A stretch of DNA of 64,000 nt from Adineta vaga (Eukaryota; Animalia; Rotifera), in the NCBI GenBank assembly GCA_021613535.1, contig CP075494.1, forward strand, positions 7,688,001 through 7,752,000, in the 5' to 3' direction. This document shows, piece by piece, positions 53,502 through 64,000 of this stretch; position 1 is the first letter of the stretch, and the number at the start of each line of letters is the position of its first letter. The translations under genes and the position numbers were made by a program. The notes under the pieces were generated by a model. That model had not been told where the DNA came from. It searched no databases and was given only the letters and a program-made list of their open reading frames with translations.

Positions 53502-54096
53502 AAGTATCTGTTGTATAGAAGATAATTTTCTTCTTTGTGATTCGATTTTATCCTCTAGCGTTTCTTTCTTGTTGTGTCTTTCAAAATCTTTTCTTTTTTT
53601 TCTATCATTCTTGACAATATGATCAAGTGGCAATACATTTTTATCACATGTCTAAAGACCTTCATACTACTCTGCTCTTTCATGACATTCAGATCAATGA
53701 AATTACTAATAACTAGAAAGAATACTTCTGATCTAATATATTTTTTAACGAAAAGGGAACAAAAAAAGACGAAATATTGACTTTCACTGTCTTTCATCTA
53801 TCTGTTTTTCTTCACACATGCATACATGTAGATAGATTGAAGACAAAAGAAATACATATGAAATATGTGTCATGAAACGAGAACGACGTCAAATACATAG
53901 ATTACTTATCAAAAAAAAGAGAAGAGAAAGGACGTGATGACACAGTATCCAAATAACAAACGAAGAAAAAAAGAAGAAGAAGAAGAAGTTAACTTTACAA
54001 GAGAACTAAAAAAAGAAAAACTTGATTTTGTTGTCTATTGCTTTATGCATATAAATGAGATTCGTTGATAAAGAAAATTGTCAATTGGATGGAACG

Positions 54097-57000
54097 TTAA
54101 TATTGAGCTTTGATTAAAATACCTGGTGCACGTTCAGTACGAGCACTTGTAAAACCTTTTGATTTCTCATCAGCATTACGTGGTTGTCGAACAATAATTA
54201 ATTTTTGACGAGTATTTTCATCGAAATTTATCGATTTCAGTTTCGTAATTAATCGTTCAGGACGTTGAAGGTTACTGAAAAAGAAAAAAATATATCATAT
54301 CATGATAAATTTCACATTCATCTATTGATTCTCACTAAAATGATTTTCATGTTTTTTTATCGATGCTTAAAAGCATTCTTTTTGATATTTATACATGTGG
54401 AGTAAAAATGAAACTTACTTAATACGTCGTAATTTACTAGCACATGGTTTTCCACTTTTAAGATTATATTGAGCATAAAATTCGACTTCATCACCGGCAC
54501 GTAATTCAAATCCGCCTTCGATTTCCGAATTATGAAAAAAGATTTTTTTATTTTCTTCACATGCAAAATCAATAAAACCAAACTAGAAATTTTCCAAAGA
54601 GAAAAACAGAAAAAACATTTCTTTAAACTATTTCAGTATGTTTCATACCTGTCCCTTAACTGTATCAACCTTTCCTTTACGTATTTCATTTTCTAAAACA
54701 ATATTCACAGCACGTTTGGAATAATCATGTCCAACAGCAACAGAAAATGTAACTGAATCATTTGGTAATAAAATCACACGTTTATTTTTCACACCTGTTA
54801 TACTAAATGTATAACATTCACCTGGAGTACCATCGTCTGTAATCTTTTGTATTCGACCTAAGATTTCACATTCATCATTACTGATCATTCGAACAGGAGA
54901 TACAACACGACCTCGATGAATAGTTGGGAGAATGGACTAAAGAAATTCATCATATCGATTTCCTATTCGAAGTATGTCACATGATACTTACATAGAAATT
55001 ACTAATAGTCAATGGAACTTTAAGAATATTTTCAGCTATTAAACGACCAGAAACTTTTCTTAAACTAAATTCAACTTCATCACCTAAATCCATAGATGTA
55101 TTATCACTTGCAAATGTATTCGTAAAAAATGCCACAGGTTCCGTATTATCTGTTGTACCAATTTGTTCAATGAAACCTTTACCTTCACGAATAATAGCAA
55201 TCCATCCACGAAGACGATGACGTTCTATCAATGTGATATTTGTTGCAAATTTATTATTTATTGTCATAGTAAATTCCACCTGAAAGTAGAATCAATAAAT
55301 ACATCATAACTTTCATGTAAAATCATAATTCTCACCATCCTCTTCTCTCTAGCACACCTTCAAAAGAACTCATGGAAACATTTTTAATCGTATTGTCTCG
55401 GAAAAAACATGTCACTATAACCTATAACGTTCATGATAAGACAAAACTAACGAGGTCTTTTACAAAAGAATCTGTCGATGATTAACATCTTTTCCTATTA
55501 GATCAGCCTGGAAATCAATTACGTTAATGATCTTACTTTATCACCACAGTACAATGTTGATGTATTGCTTAGATTGTTGAGTAAATATTGTATTGTAGAT
55601 TCAATTCCATCGGAGATATATCGAATAATTCCTGAGTCTACTTGACGATTAACAGGTGTAGTTATTGCATCATTCCCATTTGTTTGTTGCTTAATTTCTG
55701 ACATATCATTCAATCGACCATTTCGTTCTAAAACAAATTTCAATTATTTCAATCAAATTCGTGTTTTTATCATTTTCAAACCTGCTCGTCCATCAATAGC
55801 ATCACGTTCGACAAATCCGACTAATCGTAATTCATTACTATTTCCATTTACTAAATTTTCTTTTGATATTAATTTGATCCGTATTGCTTGTGATGTATCC
55901 TAAGAGGAAACAAAATAATCTATTTCATCATTATTCAATATTCAACAAACTCCGTTCGTTGCACTTGTTGCTAATGTGAATTCTAATGGATCACCTTCAC
56001 TAATTTGAAAATTATCTTTCATCACTTCACTAAATCGAAATGTAACAATTTGATCTGATGATAAGCATTTTATCTGACCACCCATAGTATTATCCAAATT
56101 TATCACAATACCCTAAAAATAGCGATATTTTTTGTTCGTATATGAAAAATAGAAAAATCATTCGTCTACGGTCTGTCGTTGTTCTTTTGATTTTAGAAAA
56201 CTTTGATCGAGTAATGCAATTTGTGTAGCACGCATCATTCCATCACGTTTATCTTTGGCAATAACAAATTGAACAATATCATTTTCTAATAAGGTATATA
56301 AACCACAACGATCACGTTCACCAAATGGCAATTCGGACATTTTCCTAGAAAAGAAATCATTAATTAAAGTTGAAAGAAAATCAACTTACTTGTCTGATGA
56401 ATCATATAGTAAACGACCAGCTAATGTATCGTCAATTTTTTTGACTTTAAACGGTTGTAATATTCGACCAATGTATGGTGTTTTATCAATTTCATCGAAT
56501 TCTACTGTACCTTTCGGTAGAATATTAATGTTACAAGCCACTTCTTTATTCTAAATAGATTAGTTTTTAATCAATCATTAAATTCGAACGATTCATCACA
56601 TACATGTCGATCTTGTATATCAAATTCCACTTCTACTCCTGGTTGAACACTATTCGTAGCAATATTTGGTCCAAATTCTGTTATATGAAAAAAGATTTCT
56701 TTCAATGCATCTTCACGTTCAATAAAACCAAAACTATCTTTCATTGTTGAGATAACACCACGAAAACGTTTGATATTCGATGATGATGATGATGATGATG
56801 ATGATAATGGAAGACTATTTTCAATTAAAGCTACATTTCGTGCAAAGAATTGATTGGTACGACGATCTTGACCAACATGAAAAGATACTTGATCACCAAC
56901 TTTTACTGGAATTGTCGGATCTTGAAGATCCGAAAGACCGTAAGGTAAAAAGTATGTTTCACCTTTTTTTACATAAGTTACTTTTCCATCTGGCATAAAA

Positions 57001-57607
57001 TCGAATTGATTGAACTATAAATACGCAAAATGTAATCAATGTTGAAAAATTCGAAGCATCTTTTGATTTACGCCATTGTGTTGTAATGGTTGCTGTCGAG
57101 CAACGACAGCAATAGTTCCTTCAACTCGATTTTCTCCAATTATTTCTGAATTTGCAGGTGTAATATTAACAGCTACTGGTTTCTTTTTTCGTTTGTCAAT
57201 TGTTGTTTCAAATTCGACGACATCTATTTCAAATACAACGTTTCAATCGATTATTGACATGTTCCTATCGACCTCCTACCTCCTATTTTTGCTTGATGAA
57301 TGTCATTTTTATATTCACTAAAGTGAAAAAAGTATCGTCCATCTCGATGACAACAATAAACAAATCCATAAGTTGAACAAAGTTTTTCAATGATACCCAA
57401 TTCGCGTTGTACTTTTATTGGTATCATCTCATCATTCGTATTGATTGTATTCATTGATGTAGTTAGTAATTTACTCGTTGTTCCTTGTTGATAATAATCT
57501 ATGATGATAAAAAATTACAGATAGAAGTTTTGATTGAAAAAAAAAGGTTTTTTTTCTTTACCATGATGATGATGAGGATGATATAGTTCAGTTGGCACAG
57601 ATGTCAT
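54097..57607 (-). CDS. CSDE1: Cold shock domain-containing protein E1 (UNR)
   Basis: RELGIIEKLCSTYGFV...RYFFHFSE, MKDSFGFIER...EIFFHITE, repeated GDxVEF motifs, and C-terminal SUZ-C RQPRNADEKSKGF. Confidence 0.93.
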
Positions 57608-58593
57608 TGAAATCGAGGAAGAAAAAACGATGAAAGACGAACAAGAAAAAAAGAAAGAAAGAAGGATGAGAAATTAAACAAGAGAAGAAAATAAACTACG
57701 ACTATACAAATCTAAAAGATATCAGCAATGTATTGATTGAGAATCATGTTATATTAAACAAAGTCAAAACGATAAAGAAATTTTTTTTTCAAATATTTAT
57801 ACAATAACAATAATGAATGTTTCTTCAAGTGCACAATCGACACCGACCGACGGCATATCAGCTGCTGAATGTTTTAAATAAATTTGATTGGTGATTTCTT
57901 ACAGACTAATTAAACATGTCAGTATAGATTCAGATATTTGTTAGGAAAACGATTTCATAAAAGGTTATTTTTGAAAAGAATTATTGTTCAATTGAACAAA
58001 CATTGTCTACTTGAAATATATGGCAGATGTCTCTAATCGTTTGAGAGATATAATTACTCAAACAAATGGTATTGATCTGAGAAAAAAATATGTATGTACA
58101 TCTGGAAAAAAGATGAAGTCGACTAAATGTTTGCCTTCTGGATAGAAATCTTAGTATATATATTTACTGAAACTGTTCGATAATCATTGGTTCGAGATAT
58201 TCAACATGATTTGATTATGACAGTAGACATCAGTTATATCTTATCCGTATTGAAGATCCATTTTCGATATTTACATACATAAAACTTGATATAGGTAGTT
58301 CTAAAAGATTCGCTTTTTTTATTCATCTTTTGAAAATTATATCACACATTTACATTGCTGATAATCGTCAATTAATCACTATGAATATCTTGGATGATGT
58401 AATATATTTTGATCTATAAAAAAACCATATATACATATGACTTAAGAATAAGAAACGATTACGAGAAAAATTCATCGTATATACATTCGATATCGCTTTT
58501 CTTTTCTCTTCTCTTAAGCTGAACATATATTAATGACCATAAGTTTTCTTCTTGTTTTTTAAAACTGATTAAGAATATAGAAAAGAACAATTC

Positions 58594-59010
58594 ATGTATC
58601 GTCTTCCGCCACCACCTCGTTTTTCACTTTCACCTCCGCCTATGCTTCCATCGAATGTATTGAATTCGAAAATTCTTCAATTAACTTGTACAACAATAAC
58701 CCATCAAACAAATTCACATTCATTTCTACTCACAAGTTCAAGTCTATTTCTTATCATTCTACTTCTTATTCTTTTATTCATTCTCATTCAATATTTATTT
58801 AAATTAAAATCTTCAACAAATCATTTCCACCATAAAATCATCTCTCCTATATCAAGACATTCATCAATATGTAGTCATCGTTCTTATGAAACAATTTCAT
58901 CAGGCATCTATCTTGAATCTGTTAATACATCAGCTGTGACATTGGCTTCAAATTCCAAGCATTGTATTTACGATTATTATCAACCAATATCAATTCCTCC
59001 TTCATTTTAA
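58594..59010 (+). CDS. Small intronless single-pass membrane protein with Pro-rich N-terminus and Tyr-motif tail
   Basis: 138-aa ATG ORF with LPPPP, a Leu/Ile TM followed by KLK, and tail motifs YETI, IYLES and YDYYQPI. AATAAA near 59087. Confidence 0.5.
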   Translation: MYRLPPPPRFSLSPPPMLPSNVLNSKILQLTCTTITHQTNSHSFLLTSSSLFLIILLLILLFILIQYLFKLKSSTNHFHHKIISPISRHSSICSHRSYETISSGIYLESVNTSAVTLASNSKHCIYDYYQPISIPPSF

Positions 59011-59128
59011 TTTATTCAATGGTAAAATTTAACATGGACTATTGTTTTTTTTGTCCTTCACGGTATTTACAGAAAGAAATTGTAACAATAAATTCTTGCT
59101 TGAATATGAACATGACTAAGAAAAAAAA

Positions 59129-62100
59129 TCACACAGTTTCATCGTCCGATAAACGAGGAGAAGTAATGACTGGTTTTTTCTTAGATCTACGTTTGGTTTT
59201 TTCTACAGCACCTAGAACATCATCCATTAATTTAGTCTTTTTTGTTCGTGTTCGTGTTCGTTTTTCAGGTTGTGGTCTTTCCGGAATAGGAGTATCATCT
59301 TCATCATCATTTGAAATGACTGCTTCTTGATCGAGTTCTTTTGCTTCTTGAGTTCTTTGTTTGAGTATATTAAAAGCAGATTGTAATCGAGTATTTTTTC
59401 GTATTGAATTTGAAGTACTTTCAAATGAATATGGAGCAAAGAAAGAATCGATGCGAGATTGAACCTGATTAAATCGATCAATAAATGCATCAACGAATAA
59501 GAGGAAATACTCACTTCTTTTGTATTCATTCGTTTAATAACTGGTAAGATCATTTCATCAATTTTTCGTCGATCCCATTTCAATTTATTTCCAATAAATC
59601 TATTAAATATGAATATAATTGATATGCTAGAACAGTTATTATAGAAACATGATCTACTCGCGAATCAATTCTAATTGTGGCATTGCCCATGTGAATTTCG
59701 ATTGATCATAATCAATTTTTGGATTGATATAAGCATCATATACAGCTCTATTTGGAAAACCTAAGTATAATTTACTTTACAAAACATGGTAAGAAATAGA
59801 ATGAGTTTACCTTCAAAAAGTTCTAAATTCTTTAGACGTTTAAGTATTTTCGAATTCGTTTTATAATCTGGTTTTTGTGCTCTTTTCCACCAACGTCTAA
59901 ATAAGCATATCGATAAAAACAAACAGATGTACGAACAAAATAAAGAATATTGACCGAAATTTTTCTAATCGTTCCATACATGTACCATGAAATTCTTGTA
60001 GAATTTCTAATGCAGTCATAATACCTGCATTTGGTATACCTTTGGTATAATCTGAACCGACAATCATTCCAATAGCAATCATTGTTTCTCGATCTAAACC
60101 TAGACATAAACATAAAATTTCAATGATGAACGTCTTTTGAATTAGAATTTACCTAGTTGATTAGCAATTATTGTTGTATCATAATATTCAACTAATTGAT
60201 TATGACGAAAGAAATGACGATAAACATGTGATGCACCAAATAACCATACATCACTATCATCAGTAATCACACCGTCACATTGATTTGATAAATTTAAATA
60301 TGCACATTGTGCTTCAGCTTCTGTTGGACTAACTAGATATGGAATGCCAAATAAACGAAGTAGATACTATGGACAAAAAAGTAATAAGTGTATAAAAATA
60401 AATGATTATTGTGAAGCTTTCAATACTTGAGTATCTTCATGCATTGTATCAGTTAATGTGGTAGTTAAACGTTCATTACCACGTGCTGTTGTTAATTGAG
60501 CAGCAGTATCATCAATCAATTCCATTTGAAGCTGTTCAAATGACTCCTATGAATGAAAATATTTATGTTTTGAATCAAAAACACATATCTTCTTACTAAT
60601 TGAGAAGACGATGTATTGTTAATATCAATTTCATTTACTGATGATTGTTGATTTTCAGCATCAATTAACATTTTAATATCTTCTATTGCTGTACTATTAT
60701 GACTACTTTCATCGTCATGATCAAGCTCTATAAAATCCGATGAAGTAGTATTATGACTTGTTTCAATCACATCACGATTATCTTCGATTGGTGAATGTGG
60801 AGGAAAAATTGGTTCAATAGATTTTGGTATTATTGGAACATCAATGAAATCAGATTCTATGGAACAAAGAAGATAATAGGAATGTTTCTATGCTTATTAT
60901 TTTTGACGTACCATCCGAATCTGATGAGGATTCATCTATATTCGACTTATCATCATCTTTTTCTTCAATGAACGATTCTTGTTGTTGATCTTCTAGTGAT
61001 CGTTTGATGGCAAGTTCTAAATCTAGTTGTTCGTCATCCACATTTCGTTCAATAACAGGTTGTTTTGTTGGAGATTGTTTGTCTTCTCTGAATGATAGAT
61101 CAATATTAACTATTTGTTCTTTTATTGGAGATGGTTCTCGAATAGGTGATGATTCACGATTGTCTGTTTTCGGTATTGCACTTCGTCGTTGAGTAAATCC
61201 AGAAAGTGGATCACGATTCATCATATTATCAGCACAAAAATCACTGGTGGATTGTCGACTAAATGATGGTGATGGTGTTGATATCGATGAGATTCGAGAT
61301 AAAGTTGTGGGAGTATCTTCTGGTGCAGTATCAGATTTAATTAAAATATATTGTGTACTAGCATCCGATGCTAATTTACCAGCGTAAACTTTTGTATTTG
61401 CATCAGAGGATATATCTAAGGAGAGATCATTTCATGGAAAGAATTGAAATATGTATTTCATACCAAATTTTTGACGTTTAATAGCTTTGTTTAATGTCGA
61501 AATTTTCTGAGAAACACTATTTTGTTTTAGTAATTTTTGCATTTGATATTCGGAAAAGTCATCACTTTTCTAAAAATGATAACGAGAACATAATGAACCT
61601 ATTCAAATAATATCTATGGATAAAATATACCTGAGGCATACTTTCCATTTGATGACGACCACGTTTGAGACTTTCTTTCATATCAGTCTAATCAGAGTCA
61701 AATAATAGATTCTAAATAACTTTGAATTCTCTTACTAAAATTTCGTGTTGCATTTCAACAGGTAAATTATTTAAAGTGCTATTATCCAATTCATCAAACT
61801 AAAGAATGCAAAATTGAATAGAATACTAAATTCAAAGAAGTACAAACTTTAGGTAAAACATAATGGTAATTCGAATCATTATCCGGTTGTTTCTTCAACC
61901 ATTTTGTTCGTTGTTTCGTCAGTTTTGTTACTTGTTCAAGTTCAGTAGTTTCAATATCATCATCATCATCATCATCATCATCGTCATCTTCTCTTCAACA
62001 CATAGAAAAATGATCAATCATTCAATTCTGAAGAATTTACTCGTTATCATTATTGACTAATTGTGCATGCAGATGAGTATCTGGCAATTCAAATAAATCT

Positions 62101-62660
62101 TTTTCATGCTCATCCATGGACGGTGGGAGTGGAATTGATTCAACTAGAAGGAATATCTTTACAGAAAATAGAGCGACATAGATTTACACTTACTTTCTTC
62201 ACCTCTCAATTGTTGAATTGCTAACATTTTCAAATAGTTTGTTCGTATTTTACTCTTTGCTTCTTTTGCTTTATTCGCAGCTACATCTCGTCGTTGTTTT
62301 CGTTCAGCCTAGAAAATGTCATGATCATCATATTTTCAGATGAATATACTTCTTACCAATGTTCGTCGTTTTAATTCTGGTACTCCACCATCGAATATAA
62401 AGATAGGTTTTATTTTAAAATGTAATAATTTACATATACGATGTAATAAGAGAAGTATATGTGGATTTTGTCGATCACGCATACCTTTTGTTGCTTGATG
62501 AAGCCAAATACTGATATCTTTTGAAAGAGAATGATTGCAAAATCAGTTTATATTGTGGATGTATCTTACCAATAGCTAGAACTTTTCCTTCTAAACCTTT
62601 ATTCATATTTACCGGTCGACCGGTTGATTCAATTAATTGCCAAAAATTTTGAACTCCCAT
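59129..62660 (-). CDS. ERCC5: XPG/RAD2 structure-specific endonuclease
   Basis: MGVQNFWQL...LAIDISIWL...IFIFDGGVP (N region), UBM-like [13 protein letters not shown]-like [18 protein letters not shown]...[11 protein letters not shown]...GSDYTKG (I region), PIP box QSRIDSFF and a basic NLS tail. All exons join in frame. Confidence 0.96.
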
Positions 62661-62886
62661 TCTACTTCTATAAAATCAAGAAAAAATTTCGTTTGTTTTT
62701 TTCATTGGAAAAAGAAAAGAAGATTACATAGACGCAAAAAATTGTCGTTTATCTTTTCTCATACAAAGAATGAAAAAAAAATGAAATAGAAATACAATCA
62801 ATTGAAGAAAGATTTATTTATACAATTGAAGAAAATTGAACAAATACTATCTATTTATAGTATAAATTTTTTTATTTTTGGCAAAA

Positions 62887-64000
62887 TTAACTCAATTGAA
62901 GTTTAAATACACAATTTATATTTTGTTCGTCTTGTTCCGTTTTACCGATCGAACATAATTGCAAACAATCAACTGTTTGTTTTCCAAATGATTTCTCGTC
63001 GAATTCATTTCGATATATTGATGGAATTTTTCGTTTACATTTTAATAATGTGATATGAGGTATGAAATCATAATAATTACCAGCAAAAAATACATTTGTC
63101 AATTTTTGCTTTTGTTGTTGTTCGGAAAAACGTTCGACAATTAATGTACGTAAATGTTCTAAACGTTGATTAGTTTTACATTTAATATATAGAACCCGAT
63201 CATAGAATGTATCAATACCAGTAAATTCTAAACACATCGGTTCCGGATAGGAACAATGATAACGTATTTCTTCCTGTAGTTGTTTTAATACCGCACTACA
63301 TTGCTCAATCTGAGATGAAGATTCCACGTAAAAACGTTAGAATTGTCATATGAAGATGAATATTATCAGGAGAATTTGTACGAGCAGAGAAATATGAAGG
63401 ATAAGTCGAAAGTAAATGATCACGATATGAAATATAATGAGCAAGAATCATTGAATCTGTAATAGGTATTGAAAGATAATAATTTGGTTTGTATGTTCCA
63501 TCAGTTAAAGTTAAATATCGTGGTAAAGGAAAGGAAACTTCTCCATTTTCTACTGTATCATCATTAGGAGTTCTAATCAATAAAAGATATAAAAACAATC
63601 ATGAAAATAGTATTGAGAAACTCACAAAATAGCATGATTACTTTCCATTAAATTATCATGTCGTTCTATCACATCATAGATTGTTTCTTGACTGCCTGTT
63701 GAACCAAACATAAGATCCGTTCGAGTTTCTTTATCCCAGATAATTTCATTATTGTATTTAAAATATTGTATACGATGTTTTGGTATAGCAAGAATAGTCG
63801 AATGACGATCACTTACTGTTGATAGATCGACTTTAAAATCAAAATCATTAAATGCTTTTTCTTGTAAACCAAGAAAACGATCGATATAACCAACACGAAA
63901 ATAACGTTTATCAAGACGAACATCCCATTCAATCCGAGAAATGACATCTTCAGCTGTTTTCATTGAACTTTTCTTATTCGTTTCGGTCGAATTTTGTGTC
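62887..64000 (-). CDS. LENG9: LENG9-like protein: MJ1316 domain plus 2H phosphoesterase (AKAP7/ASCC1-type); 5'-incomplete, apparent frameshift near 63330
   Basis: MKTAEDVISRIEWD...VGYIDRFLG...IPKHRIQYFKY (MJ1316), then KPNYYLSIPI and two HxT motifs (LHMTIL, PHITLL). The reading frame is open to the window edge upstream of the Met at 63963. Confidence 0.8.

Noticed and set aside
7783-62060. Many antisense or alternative-frame ORFs in the ORF track (e.g. 22510..22848, 56780..56998, 58962..59330, 61863..62060)
   Set aside because: They are shadows of real exons or of codon repeats such as (CAA)n and (GAT)n.
1-64000. Frequent TATCGATA/ATCGAT (DRE-like) motifs and short (TA)n/(GA)n tracts
   Set aside because: They occur in exons, introns and intergenic DNA alike, consistent with background composition.
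1-64000. tRNA, rRNA, SL RNA, telomeric repeats, CRISPR arrays, intact transposons
   Set aside because: None recognised by eye. tRNAscan-SE, Infernal and RepeatModeler would be needed to exclude divergent copies.

Overview
AT-rich, gene-dense eukaryotic (animal) genomic DNA with many very short (~45-65 nt) GT-AG introns. The intron size, base composition and a REC-like/ADP-ribosyltransferase/TPR pseudogene point to a bdelloid rotifer; this is an inference and was not checked against a database. I reconstructed 21 spliced or intronless genes by hand plus one pseudogene. In order: ART-TPR pseudogene, HMBOX1/HNF-class homeobox, ANKFY1, an orphan, VAT1-like, CCDC181-like, class V PLP aminotransferase/cysteine desulfurase-like gene with a Q-rich N-terminus, intronless sterol desaturase/ERG25-like gene, plastin/fimbrin, an orphan, tail-less NAP1-like, LRR receptor, non-alpha nAChR subunit, myristoylated orphan, Bcl-2 family gene, Cys-rich type II membrane orphan, IMPDH, AdipoR/PAQR, CSDE1/UNR, small transmembrane adaptor-like ORF, XPG/ERCC5, and the 3' part of a LENG9-like MJ1316 + 2H-phosphoesterase gene. 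The most notable observations are: the RNA-end-processing gene packed about 226 bp upstream of XPG; single-base frameshifts in ANKFY1 and the LENG9-like gene; a Bcl-2 protein lacking the invariant BH1 glycine; a prion-like cysteine desulfurase-like protein; a candidate poison exon in CSDE1; and an intronless HGT candidate. I found no rRNA, tRNA, CRISPR array or intact transposon.
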